From Zygnema circumcarinatum SAG 698-1b (lineage: Eukaryota; Plantae; Zygnematophyceae): a stretch of DNA of 64,000 bases. Every line of letters starts with the position of its first letter. Position 1 is the first letter of the stretch. A model generated the notes under the pieces. The model worked only from the letters and a program-made list of their open reading frames with translations, searched no databases and was not told where the DNA came from. The stretch lies in contig CM074806.1 of the NCBI GenBank assembly GCA_037447605.1, positions 4,939,672 through 5,003,671 on the forward strand. The letters run 5' to 3'. A program made the position numbers and the translations under genes. Below are positions 40,911-54,300 of the stretch, in pieces.

Positions 40911-43900
40911 ATGGCCGCGACCCCGCTCGCACCCTTCGCAGCAGCCCTCTCTGTCCCGTGGCGGCACCGCAGGACAGCGTTCGGTTCGAATGGAGCGTGC
41001 TCCATGGCTCGGCTGCTTCGGAGCTGCTCTCAGTCGCAGGTAGCGTGTCCGCCATAGAAAACCTGAGAAAAATGCCAGCTCTCTGTGATTTCAATTGTGC
41101 AGCTGCCCTCCGCAATTGAAGCTGGAATATAGCTCGGAAACAGTATGCAGGTAAGACGGGGACACACGTTTGCCCGCACGGCATTGTAGTATCTGCTGGA
41201 GGCTTGAGTGGCGCGTTGAGGCTAAGGAAACAGGTGAGCTGCCCAGCGAGCAAGACGGCAGTGAGAAGAGAAATGTGCACGAGCATCTTGAGGGCCTTCC
41301 CGCATCCAATCACGCTCTTTGCATCACTGGTATGCCTGCACGGACCAGCCGGAGTCGCAAAGGCTGTTAATTCACTAATTGGAGGCATTCCTCTCTGCAA
41401 CTTGACTGAATTCAAGGAAGTTTCACCTTTTCTGAGTGCTTGCACTGTGCCCGTCTGCCGATCAGCTTTGCCTGGACGTCTATTCATAAAGCGCACCTTG
41501 CGCTGAGGTAATGAAATTCTATCGATGACAATTTTACATTCCTCAGCGTATTTTACTTTTTCGTCTTTGCCTCCTGGAAAGAATGCCTACCTCAACAATT
41601 GACAATTAAGTAGTGTTGATACACTTTGAAATTCCATTTGCAATTTGCCAGCTACAGTACTTCTGATGCCTTAGGAGCCTCAGTTTATGCTTAGCTACTT
41701 ACGAGGTTGCATTATTTCTAGCGTATGCAACTTCAAGGATTTTGAACGTTCCGCTAAATTAATTTTGCTGATCACGTCAATGCACCCTTTTTAACAGTGG
41801 GGGACTTAGCTCTAATCCTAAAGTTGTCGGATGTTCCCACTATAACAGCAAGCCTGCGTTGACTTCCTCATCTTATGTCGACACCTATCCTTTTATTGAC
41901 AAACTTGTTGACTACCCTGTCCCTCACACTATCCCCCCCCTACTCTCATGACCATAGTAGAGTCTAATTGTTTGGCATTGCGATCACAATAATTCTCAAG
42001 GCCTTTAAACTTCCTTCTATTCAACCCGAGCGAGTAATGCATCATAGCTGACCTGACGGTCGCTCGTCTTGGCAGGCTCTGGGGACAGCGAGGCACGCGG
42101 CGTCGCGAGCGCGTCTGCAGTCAGTGAGCTCCCTCCCCTCCCCTCCCCTCGCCCGCCGCCCGCCGCGTGCTGCAAAGCGGCCGCGCGAGTGCCCGCAATG
42201 CGCGGCTCGCCTTGCTGATGTCTCCTCTGTCCTCCACGCCGCGCAGCTCCCAAAACTATCGCGCATCTTCTGCACAGCGATGACGCCGGTGAGCCGGTAG
42301 ACGCCACTCGACTTGCAGGTTTAGCTGTATCGTATTCGAACACCAATCTAGTTGCTCAGTGACACATGGCTGGACAGTGATTGTACTTGCGGTAGAGCGT
42401 CGAACCACTAGCCTCTTCATTACACGAGATTGAAGTGCTTCGGCTGAATGCACTTGAATGCACTCGCGCTTTCGCTTTGCAAAATTTGTCCACCTCAAAA
42501 TGTCTCATAGCAAAGCCTTAAGTAGAAGCTTATGCACGTGCGTGAAACTTTTCCTCAAGGAAGAGGACACATCACTTTGAGGCAATTTGATGTTTGTTCT
42601 TGCAGACTTGTTTCCGTCAATGTCTATATTGGTGTCATAAATGTGAAGGCTTAAGGCCACAAAGGTCCGATGACTATGAACCTTGGAACATGACCTTGCC
42701 AAAGAGTGCAGTCTCAAGGTGCAGCCCAGATGAGAGGGTCCTATTTGTGTAGCACAATTCAGCCGATAACCAGAAATCCGTGTGCCCTGTGCCTGGGATT
42801 ATGAGTGGGCTTAGAGAACCTGTTTTATAATTTATTAATTTGCTAGTGATTACTTATATATACCTGAAAGAGAAAGCTATAGTTTGAACGTTTGAGCAAA
42901 GCTCTTCGACGTATGCAGCAGCAGGTGTTAACGGCAGAGGAACTGGAGGTGGAGGTGGAAACTCCCAAGGAGATATTCTTGAAGGACTACAAGCCTCCCG
43001 CCTATGCCTTTGACACGGTCCAATCTCTTGCACCCTTTCACTCTGCCAAAGTTTTTCTAAGTTGAGGATGTTGAGCTATATCAGCTATATCATGTTGCCG
43101 CGAGAGGGAGGGCCTGAGTGCTGTCCCGGCCGAGTGCAGGTCCGGCTGCACTTTGAGCTCGGCGAGGCCGGCAGCGTGGTCCGCGCCGTTGTGGCCGTGC
43201 GCCCTCTGCGCCCGGGTGGGTGCCTCCCTCCCTCCCTCCTTGCGGCACTCGGGTCATTGTGCCTCCCGACCTCAACTTCTGTTTCAGTGTGTACATGATT
43301 TCCGAAAACTTACGATTCTGAGTCACATGTAATAAGGGGAACAGTTTCTTTCTTATTGGAGGATGAAGAATTATAGCTCTAGAAGCTTTGGTGTCTGTAT
43401 CTCTACTCTGTTTCTAGACATTGCGTAGCGCATGTTTTTTGGCCATTGTTAGTGGGGAAGTTTGGCAGGCAAGCCGGGTATTTGTTGAAATTCTTGTTTC
43501 AGGGCAGCTGGCAGATGGTCTCTGTATGTGAGATTGGGGGCATAAACGGACGCAGGTGAACCACTCGTGCTGCAAGGGGAGGAGCTGGAGTTGCTGTCAC
43601 TCCAAATGAATGACCAGGAAATGCCGGTCAGGCTCATAACTTTCTCTAAAAAATGAAGTTTGATTGATTTTGTGGAAGACGCAAAGAAATGCATAATGGG
43701 AAGACGTGACTAGAAAAACCGTAATGCTCAAAGAAAGAATGAAAGAGTGCGGGAGTGCTGATGGGACGGGAGAGTCTGGGCGAGCGCAGGAGAGCGCGTA
43801 CTCGCGGACTAAGAGCAGCCTCACGCTGCTCTCGCCTCCTGCAGAGCCTTTTCAGCTCTCGATGACGACGCGAATCCACCCGGAGACCAATACCTCTCTG

Positions 43901-46900
43901 GAGGCAACTTCCTCCCTCGAAGAAACTTATCGTTGAAGAGCATACAAACCAATGTTGAGAGGAGTTCCTTGCATCCCACTTCCAGAAAAGCAAACACCTT
44001 CATTGCATTTCTTGGGGCTAGCAAGCGTGGAGGATCCACTCAGTTGCTGCTTTGTGATATTGCCTGCTCGTGGGAGAGGAAGGCATCTAGAAAAGCTGCA
44101 GGATCTTCGTACTTTGTCCCCATCTCCATGCAGATGTACGGAGCACAGGAAGTTGTGGTGAAAGGACACACTCTTTCGGACGGAATGACATTTGTCCTCA
44201 GGAGAGCACACGCGCTGCGCAGGATGGGCCGTTGAGTGAAGGGAGCCATGATGGGCAGGCGCGAGTGGCGGCTCACGCGGCTCTGTTCGGGCTGCGCTGT
44301 TGTGCAGGGCCTGTACAAGTCCAGCACGGGCATGTTCACCACGCAGTGCGAGGCAGAGGGGTTTCGCAAGATTACTTTCTATCAGGTGATAGTTCGAAGG
44401 TGCTAATTTCAGTGCGTGCATCGCCAGTCAGCACAGCGGTTTTGATGCCACACAGATGGATGGCACCTTTGCAGGATCGCCCTGATGTAATGGCGAAGTT
44501 CGTTGTGCGCATTGAAGCAGCGAAAGAGGACTACCCAGTGCTACTTTCTAATGGCAACCTTATCGATCATGGAGCCCTGCCTGTACGACACCATGCCAAC
44601 AACTGCACATGCAAGACTCTAGCTGATCTTCCTGCTTAGAAAAGGACAAGAAATGGCTGGCAATATAACACGGTCGATGGATGGAAGCAGGACGGGCGGC
44701 ACTTTGCGGTGTGGGAGGACCCCTGGGCGAAGCCCTGCTACCTGTTCGCCCTCGTGGCGGGCCGCCTCGCCTGCAAGGAGGACACGTGGGTCACGGCGTC
44801 CGGGCGCCACGTGGCGCTGCGCGTGTGGACGGCTGAGCGGGACCTGCACAAGGCGGACTACGCGCTGCGCTCCCTCGCGGCGGCCATGCGCTGGGACGAG
44901 GAGGTGGGCCCCACACCACTTGAAGGAAAGCATGTATACGAATCAAAAGCATGCAGCGAACATTTCATGGATGACGGAACTTTGGTGCTGCTGGCCGTAG
45001 GGCTCAAGGCATTGATCAGAATTCACCCGAGTATTTTTCAACTTTGCTATAACCAAGAACCCCTAAAGCCCAATCTCTCTAATGACAGTGTCAGTTCCCT
45101 TGGCTTAGAGTATTTCCATGGGCACAACGGTCCATAGAGGTGGCCAAGTTATTTCACCTGTTTCTCCTCTCGTCGTGAAGAGGGCATGCGTTTCTCCTCC
45201 TACATTTTGATCACGGCCGTTTTTGTGTCCAGGAGAGGAGCCTCCGCCCAGACTGTTGGGCTATAGGCAGAAATATTGTTGACGGCAGTAAAGGCCCGGT
45301 TGGTTATTGTGGCTACTGTGTATGGGAGCTGTGAGTGCAGGTGTTTGGCCTGGAGTATGACCTGGACCTTTTCAACATTGTGGCTGTGAGTTTCGTCACT
45401 CCCTTTGTTGATTCACTTGTATGCGTGTGCGCGCCAATTTGTTGCAGCGGAGAGTGCGGTGCCCCAAGCCGGCGTGCGTGCTCACAGCAACTCGGGAGGG
45501 TGGGCAGGTCCCCGACTTCAACATGGGCGCTATGGAGAACAAGAGCCTGAATGTGCGTCCCCTCCTTCTCGCACTCTCGCCCGTCCGCAGCGCGTGTTTC
45601 GGCCGGTGACCGTAGCCCCTCCCTCTCTCCCTCTCTCCCTCTTTCCCTCTCTCCCTCTCTCCCTCTCTCGCAGATCTTCAACTCGCGCCTCGTCCTCGCC
45701 ACCCCCGAGACAGCCACGGACGGGGACTACGCGGCCATCGAGTCCGTGGTTGCGCACGAGGTGCGCCCGCACGCCCCCCCGCACTCCTCCCGCTTCTGCT
45801 GCGTGTGCGTGTGCGCTGGGGGCTGTGAGGGTATGGGCATGCGGCTGTCCTCGCATGGGCGCGTGTATCCTAGCTGTGGGTTTTTAGGTGTGGGGGATAG
45901 TGAGAAGGGTCACATGTGGTAGTCTTGGAGTTGTGGGCATCAAACTGATGTAAGGGTGAGGGTTTTGCGTGCAGTATTTTCACAATTGGACGGGAAACCG
46001 GTGAGTTGATCTTTTCATATTGCAAGACCACCTGACTTCTCAAACATGAACGTCTTTCGGACTGGTGACGGTGGGAGAAGTGCATCCTACTGCTGAAGGA
46101 GGGCAGTGGGGGGAGTGCTGCTGCAGTGTCACGTGCCGTGATTGGTTTCAGCTGAGCCTGAAAGAGGGCCTCACAGTATTCCGCGATCAGGTGCACACTT
46201 TGGAAGGCCTTCTTTGCTTCCGTAAAACACTTTTGCAGAGGCTGTGCGGCGCGGCTTGGTGCTGAGGGCCTGCACGGGGCGGCGCGGGGCGGTGCAGGAG
46301 TTCAGCGCGGACCTGAACGGCCGCGCGGTGCAGCGCATTGGGGACGTCGTGCGCCTCCGCCGCGCGCAGTTTCCGCAGGTCAACTGCCCCCCTCTGCCTC
46401 CTCCTCCGCCTCCTCCTCCTCCTCCTACGCCTCCACCTCCTCCTACGCCTCCTCCACCTCCTCCTCCGCCTCCTCCTTCTCCTCCTCCTACTACGCCTCC
46501 TCCTCCTCCTCCGTTGCTGCTGCTGCTGTTGCGGAGGTTCACATTCGCTTGCTTGCGTGTGTCCCCAATGGGACCGCTGACTCAGCGAGGGAGTGGAAGC
46601 TGAAGTGCAGGATGCAGGGCCGACCGCACATCCTGTTCGTCCGGAGTCTTACATTAAGGTAAGTCAAGCGCTTACAGGTGACTTATTGAGGTAGGATAAG
46701 GCATGGTGCAACCTGTTCGCACTCATCCACTGGGGCTAATGTTGTTATTGATGGGGGAGCTTATGGACAGATGGACAACTTCTACACAGGTAAGAGTTAC
46801 AGAGAAATACGATTGCTTGAAAATGTGCCAGAGAAACAATCCTCGAAAATGAGGACAACGTGCAGGTTTTTCTTTACCTTTGACAAAGGATGTAAAGGCG

Positions 46901-47195
46901 AGGGTAAATCCTTATTAGCGTGCTGAGGGGTGGCGGTGTCACGACGCTCTGTGAGACATGTGATGCAGTCCTGCTGTATGCAAAAACCCCAGACAGCTTA
47001 TTGATCCTTTAGCAAGCACTTCAAGAATCTACGAACTTTCTGCCCATACATCACGCGTTGCCAAATTCGTATCTGTCAGCCTACCAGTAGATTTGACAGT
47101 CTGAAAGTAGTTTTGTTCTGATTCTTTGACTGGGGCTTCGGGGGCGTCACAATGGCGGAATTTGGGCGAACCTTCCATCATCGCAGTGACGGTGT

Positions 47196-47239
<44 letters not shown>

Positions 47240-50200
47240 TCTCTCTCTCTTTCTCTCTCTCTCCTTTTCACTCACTCTCTCCCCCCTCTCCCGCCCTTGC
47301 TCCGCGCCTCAGCGTTGGACACCAGCAGATGCGCGGTCCGCTGATAGGGTCCCACCGGTGGCGCTGTGCTGTGCTGTGCTGTGCTGTGCAGGTCTATGAA
47401 AAGGTAATGTGCGGACAGCTCTGGGAGGGTGGGGGGGGGCGCTGCTGCTGCGGGGGGCGCTCTCCGGGGCCCGCCTCCACCCTGCCCGCGACGATGAGGG
47501 GGTGGGGAGGGCTTGGTGGAGGGGCGATGGCAGGGAGCGGAAGTCGTTCGAATGTATCAGACCCTGCTGGGCAAGTCCGGCTTTCGCAAGGTACGGACGA
47601 GGCCATCCCTGTGCTTCCCTGCGATACGTTTATCTGAGAAAGTCTTGTGTTTCATGTGCATCTTATTTTTGCATCGGTTTTTTTCTAGGGAATGGACCTG
47701 TACTTCGAGCGCCACGATGGGCAGGCGGTCACCTGCGATGATTTCCTCGCTGCCATGCGTGATGCCAACGGGGCCAACCTGGAGGGCTTCTCTCTTTGGT
47801 AACCTCTGGGGCTTAAAGAAGCAGGCACTTGTCCGGTTAACAAGAGGTATATGGCAGTGGCATCCCGGGCGAGTGGCTGCTACTTTCGCAGGCAGGCTAC
47901 GGATATTCCTGACAGGGGAGCGTAGAATGCTGAAGCAGGTGGTAAGGGTGGGCCCTCCTCTTCCGGGAAAGCGCAGGCTGGAGCAGGCCGGGACCCCCGT
48001 GCTGACTGTACGGAGTTCGTACGACGCAAATGCGCGCACCTTCACTCTCCATTGCCGGTGCCGCCACCGCTCATTTCCCACCGCCTCACTTTGAACTGCC
48101 TGCTTCCCCTGCTTCCCCTGCTTCCCCTGCTTACGCGGCCCTGTTTGGGGATGGCGGTGGCGGCCTGCAGGCAGGAGGTGGCGGCCACCCCCGGGCAGCC
48201 CCTCAAGCAGGCGATGCTCCTGCCGGTGGCAGTGGGCCTGCTGGGAGCGGCCGGCTCGGACCTGCCGCTCTCTGCTTTGTTCGATGGCGATTCTTTGCGG
48301 ACGATAGACCACTCTGACGGTTCCCCGTGTACGACCGTTGTTCTTCCGTTCCGCAAGGTGCATTTCGATAGATGGCGATATATCTTGATCAGATATCCAT
48401 GTGATAGGTTGACCCAATTTGTTATGAAGCTATCCGAGTCTCTGGCCAGGGATGCCGTAAATCACTCATTTTCCTGGCTTCGACCTCGTGACTGCAGGCT
48501 GAGGCTGAATTTACATTTCTGGACATTCCCGAGAAGCCAGTGCCCTCGCTGCTCCGGAACTTCAGTGCTCCCGTGCGGCTGGAGGCGGACCTCTCTGAGT
48601 CGGACCTGCTCTTTCTGCTGGCCAACGACTCGGACGAGTTCAACAGGTGGTCCTGCAGCCGCACCGCACCGCACCGCACTGGCAGCAGGGGGGGGGGGGG
48701 GGGGGAATGATCGCGGCGTGCTGCCAGAGAAGGGCGGGTCCTGACGGCAGATATGGGCCGCAGGTGGGAGGCGGGGCAGACCCTTGCGCGGAACGTCTTG
48801 CTCGGCCTCTTGGCAGCGCGGGAGCAGGGAGGGCCACTCTCTGTGCCTTCAGCCTTCCTCAAGGCTATGGCGAGTGTGCTGAGCGACTCAACTTTAGACA
48901 AGGTGACGCAAGCTTCTGCCTTTGCCCCCATGTGCGCAAAAGCTGGCAAAGCCAAATGCATGTGGTTTTACCTTTCCGCTGTGGCGTCTCGGCAGGCCTT
49001 TGTGGCGCGAGTGCTGAGCCTCCCCTCGGAGGGCGAGCTCGCGGATCTTGCTGACGTGGCCGACCCGGACGCCATCCACGCCGTGCACCGTCTCGCGACG
49101 CGCCAGCTGGCAGCGGCCCTGCGCCCGCACCTGCTGCGCGCGGTGCGCGCTGCTCCCTCCGCCGCCCTGCCCACCGCGCTGCTGCCACGTGGCGACCTGG
49201 GGCTGGCTGGCTGGCCTCCCTCGCTTACCCAGCTCGTGTTTGCGCAGGTGGAGAGTACTCGGAGTCTTGGACCGTACAGTCCCGACCCTGCCAGCAAGGC
49301 ACGGCGGTCGCTCAGGATCACTTGTCTAGGTGTGTTGCGCCTCTGGCTTCACGCTCCCTAATGCGATGGCATAGAAGCATTTTTCAGAGGGGGTTGTATT
49401 TTTGTAAACACGACCCACCAAAATTGCACATCATGATCACTTCTCCTGTGCAGTCTATCATTTCTAATTGGACCGATGGAACTGCGGTTCCTTGCGGTCA
49501 ACCCAAGAGCATGGCTTGGGTGGTCTCTGACTTGCAGCGAGCGGGCGGGCGGGCGGGCGGGCGGGCAGGCCTTCTGGCGGCCCTGGAGGAGGCGGAGGTG
49601 ACGGCGGTGGTCCTGGAGGAGTTCCGGCGCGCGCGCAACATGAGCGAGCAGCTCGGCGCGCTCGCGGCCCTCGCGCAGAACGCAGGGCCCGAGCGCGACC
49701 TCGCCTTGGGAGAGTTCTACGAGCAGTGGAAGGACGACAACCTGGTGCATACTCCTTCCACCTTCCACCTTCCACCTGGGCGCAGCCAGGATGCATGCAT
49801 GTACGCAGCGGCGTTACACACGCATGCCCTCAGGGTGTCTCACGTGTTGCTCGTACAACTAATGCAGGTGATGAACAAGTGGCTCGGTCTGCGCTCAACT
49901 GCTGCCATTCCTGGAAACGTTGCTGTGTGTCGAGAGCTGCTGAGCCATCCAGCATTCAACATAAAGGAGCCCAACAAGGCATATCTCCAGTTTCCTGTTC
50001 CTCCTCCATGGATCTGGCTCTGCTGCTTACCTTGAAAGGATTTTTCCAAGTATGGTCATCAATGTGGCGCGGCGGTTGTGCAGGTTTACGCATTGGTAGG
50101 AGGCTTTTCCTCCTGCGCTGTCAACTTCCATGCCCGCGATGGGAGTGGCTACGAATTTGTCGGGGATATGGTGCTCCAACTGGATGCGTTGAATCCTCAG

Positions 50201-50649
50201 GTGGTACTCGCCCCCTTGTGCCCTGCTCAAGAAAGGAGGAAACAAGGCAGGTGCTTTGATGCGTGTAGACTGCAGCAGCGAGGAGCTTTGCCTGTGCCGG
50301 ATCCAGTCTCATTGGAGGGCGGCCCCTGACAGGTGGCTGCGAGGATTGTGGGGGCGTTCACGCGGTGGCGGAAGTACGACAGCCACCGGCAGGCCCTCGC
50401 CAAGGCGAGTGCAGCGGCCCTTCCCGCCGAACAGCCGCCCACCTCCCACTCGTGCCATCAAATCGTACTGAAGGCCACAGAGAGGCATGCGCTTGAGGTC
50501 TATGCCATTTTCTTGATTGCTCACGTCATATCTGCGGGGAGGGGGGGATGTGCTTCTGTGTGATGCAGGCACAACTCGAACGCATAGTTGCCAAAGTGGG
50601 TCTTTCTGCAAATGTGTTCGAGATTGCATCAAAAAGCCTTTCAGGGTGA
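40911..50649 (+). CDS. pepN: M1-family aminopeptidase N (PepN-type, plant puromycin-sensitive aminopeptidase-like) with organellar presequence, about 32 exons
   Basis: Spliced motifs: [12 protein letters not shown] (42925-43017), [102 protein letters not shown] (HEXXH...E), [70 protein letters not shown]-terminal exons 40911-41039 and about 42076-42288 are less certain. Confidence 0.95.
46391..46512. repeat. (CCT)n microsatellite with CCTACG variants in an aminopeptidase intron
   Basis: Direct reading. It produces the false poly-Pro and poly-Gly ORFs at 46171-46603. Confidence 0.9.
47187..47191 (+). other. 5-nt microexon (TGACG) of the aminopeptidase
   Basis: CATCGCAG|TGACG|GTGTGC. It is needed to join the 19-nt exon 46771-46789 (phase 1) to the 12-nt exon 47392-47403 (phase 0) and restore MDNFYT-VT-VYEK. 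Confidence 0.9.
47197..47262. repeat. (CT)n microsatellite immediately 3' of the 5-nt microexon donor
   Basis: Direct reading. Confidence 0.92.
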
Positions 50650-51253
50650 TTCTGCCGGAAGTAGTTAGTAGCACCAGCGTCGTCATGCAAATGAAGGCGT
50701 CTTTGGATCAACAATCACTGAATACGATGTTTATTAGTGACGTGGCTCGCTGACAGAAAGTATGAAACAGCACTCCCCGCCCGCCCTCCGCCGTGCAACT
50801 GCAGCCGAAACGCATGCCGACACGAATCCTTGTCCCTACACGTGCATGAAATGTAAAATTCTCAACCCTGAAAAACTCGTTGCAGCCAGCCTATTGCAAG
50901 AAAAACCTATTTTTTAGGAATTAGGAATCGACTGATCCTGCACGTTTAGTCGTTCGAGTAGCGCCACATGCCACACGCTCCTCGGAAGGCCGCCGTCCGG
51001 GCCTGCCCGCGCTCCCGCGCGTCTGTCGCATCCGCGGCTCCACCACCGCACCGTGCACCGCGCACCGCGCTGTCGGGGCTGCCCGGGCACCCCGCCTCGG
51101 GACGACCAAAACCCTCCCTCCCTCCCTCCCTCCCTCCCTCCCTCCCGTCAGTTGGGCGGGGCGAGGGCTCACCCCCCTCTGCGCTACCGATTGCAGCGTA
51201 CACCGTCACACGTGCGCCGCCAACGGTGCCACTTGGACGCGGGCGAGCGGTGC

Positions 51254-51365
51254 CACGTGGAACCCCTCCCCTCTCTCGGCGGAGCCGGGGGCCGTCACGC
51301 GACGTCACTTGGCGTCACGTGGCGTCAAGTGACGATACATGACGCCACATGGCCGCGTGACGACA
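51254..51365. promoter_or_regulatory. G-box/ABRE and TGACG-like cluster upstream of INTS9
   Basis: CACGTG at 51254 and 51316 (ACGTGGC). The latter is flanked by the 8-bp inverted repeat GTCACTTG (51304-51311) / CAAGTGAC (51326-51333). Confidence 0.5.
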
Positions 51366-51381
51366 TGTGCGAGGGGAGGGG

Positions 51382-54300
51382 ATGCGCCTTCACTCCCTTT
51401 CCCTCGTGGGAGCAGCGAGTAGCAAGCAGCAAGCGCAGGGTGCGAGGCCGCGCGGCGAGGAGGCCATGGCGCCCGAGAACGAGGACGTTAGCCGCCGCCT
51501 CCTCGTCGGTGGCGCGGAGCTGCTCTTCCTTGCGCGCGGGCCGCCTCCTCCTTCCCTTTCTCTTTCGCCGCCTCCGCACGCGCTGCTCCTCTCCGCGCCT
51601 TCGGACATCCTGGCGCTGCCACTGCTCCCCGGCTCCTTCGCGCGCACGCAGGCATGTGCTGCTGCGCCTTCTCGGGCCTATCCTCGCTGGCGCTCCCGTT
51701 GCTAGGCCTTGGCACCCTCTCCAGGCAAATTGACTTGCTGCACGATATGGAGGAGGAAAGCGAAGAGTTTTTCTTGTTCGCTGTTAAGAGAAGGTTTTCT
51801 TTGCTAAGCATTCCTTTAGCTCAGGCAACAACATGCAGGCTTAAACACTACCGTGTATATATCCATGTTTTGCCAGACTAACAACATTTCCGAAGCACCT
51901 GCATTCAATATAAATTACGCTTTTTGACATCTGCGTTCGTATACATCCCATTCGATTTTATGTACGGTACTGTTTTGCCTGTTCATGTACCCTTTTAAGT
52001 AATAGGTTTGCCAACTGAAAGCAAAGCACAGACGCTTTGGAACGTCGTACTTCCCTGGCTGCAGCCTTTTGAAATCACGTTTGCATGTGAGCATGGACAG
52101 GAGAACCAACTGAACCAACTGTTTGTCTTTATTGAAAATGGCATTGTACGGGGCACTCATTTATCATCGCAATTCATGTGTAGTTTAATGTTTTTTCTGT
52201 TTGCTGTTTGTGCGCAAATCTCAATAACATATACTTGCTCACTGCGCGTTAGCCGCTGTATGCTGATCAGACGGCTTTTCCGTCTGACATCAGTTGGACT
52301 ACAAGGCCTTCCTAAGACTGACAGCACATTTTGAGTGCTGCTAGCCTATTATTCAGCTTCAGCCAGTCTAGCTGCCAGCCGTTGCCCTGGACTATCTTGC
52401 TTTGCCATGCCAAAAACATCCTATAGGCACGCCCTTGCACATGTCTAGAGGTGCAATGGGGTCAGCCTCACCGTAGACTGTTAGCATTGTACTCTTCAGT
52501 AACAACATTTGCGCATGACTTCAGCCGAGGCGAGTGCAGGAATGCTCTAAGCTGACACCGCATTGCATCTCAAGGGTGACCTTTTAGATATTTTATTATT
52601 CCCGTATACCACGACTATACTTAGCTGCACCTTTTCAGGTTGTGTTGGAATGATTGGACCTAAAAATATGTCTTTGCATTCTTACGCTTTGGATGCATGC
52701 ATGCATTTTGTGCTGCAACCCGCCAGCAAGAGAAAGGTAACGAAGTGCGGGCAAATCATTCTGATCTGCACTATTGTCAGAAATCCTCTGCAGATCTGCT
52801 TGTGTGAATGGTGTGGTATTGTTTGAACTGGCAGGTGTATGCCACTGAGGCATCCTTGCGTGTGGGACGGCTGCTTCTGCTCGAGTTGCTGGAGCTGAAG
52901 TCCGAAGGGCAGCAACTCTGGAGGGGTGCTGTGCCTTGTGTGGGCCCTTCTGCGTCTGAGAGATGCGAGCCGAACTTGGGAGGAGGCTGGGAGTCCATGT
53001 GCAGGTTAGGTCCGCTCCTGTGCACTGGGTGTTTTGCTGCTGGCACACACGCAGTCGCCCGTGACATAAGTTGCTCGCGTAAGGATAAGCACGTAGCTGA
53101 GAACGCAAGGCTGTGCGGGTCTGCCTGCAGCCCAGCGCAGGCGGAAGCGTGTTTGGCAAGAGTGCGCGGACTGCGTCTGGGGGAGGCTGCGCATTTGGAA
53201 TGCGGAGTGACAGTGACTCCCCACAGCGCAGGCGCGGGCCTCGGCTCCTGCGTCTGGGAGGTGGCGGGTTCGGCAAACAGCCGTCGGCTGCTGTATGTGC
53301 GCGATGCCGGCCGAGGAATGGATTCCTCTCCAGAACTGAAGGCTGATGCAGTGCGAGAGTGCAGCTCGCTTGTTTTGGAGCGTCTCGCTTTGCCTCAAGA
53401 ATCTACAGGAGATTATTCAGAAAGGCGAGGTGGAGGGCAGCAACAACGGGGTTCTTTGCCTGCTCCATATGGACACGAAGCCGCACTTTCGGCCATTGCA
53501 AAAGCAGCTGCAGAAACAGTATCTGCTGGAGGGCGGGTGCTGCTCCCTGTCGAGTGCTGTGGAGGAGTGCCTCAATTGTTGGAAAGACTGGGAGAGCAAC
53601 TGCAGGCTGCCGGGCTTGGGTACACTGCAACCACCTTTGAATCTTGCACCCACCACTCTCCATAGTGTTCCGGAAGTAGAAGGGTTAACTCCGCATCGAT
53701 TGGAATGGTGGGGGACCAAGGGCATTCCAGGCACGTGCCATTGTTCTACGTTTCACATGTTGCCGAAGAGCTGCTCGCATTAGCCAACACCTTGCCTGAG
53801 TGGCTCGGAACTGCCCGCAAGGCGAAGGTAATTTCACCCGCACTGCCACTTTTGCTGCCAACAGGGTTGCTGTTCTGCTTCTTCTCGTTGTGTTCTTGGG
53901 AACCTGAGTCTTGTATGCGTTGTCAGCATGAGCTGATCCCATAGGCACTGTACATTTCTGACCGACCTTGGCAGTTTAGTAGTGTGGAGAGATTGATCTG
54001 TTTTGGCGATTGATTTTACCTGCACGTTGGACTCTATATCATATCTAATCTCTCCACTGGGTTGCTTTTGGGTGCGTCCTACACTTTGAAACCTCACTCT
54101 CTTGTGACAAATGTGCCAAGTTTTGCAAATGATTTCCTGAGGTTGGTGTACAGTCTCGGTACCCTTCTGCATTTTGTAGTTGATCTCAGGTGTCACTGAA
54201 GCGCACAAATGCCTAGATCACAAGGCAGGGGGAGGGTGTTTCTCTGAGGTGCACATGAACTTGCAGCTGTATGCAGGGGAGGCATTGTGGGGTCATGTGG

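Noticed and set aside
40159-41057. AMPCHA/MAWHG repeat proteins
   Set aside because: Translations of the GCATG satellite, open in several frames on both strands.
41780-41950. Polypurine tract followed by TG on the minus strand (possible LTR remnant) in a pepN intron
   Set aside because: Only a G8 run followed by TAGTGT. No second LTR, TG...CA pair, TSD or pol fragment visible.
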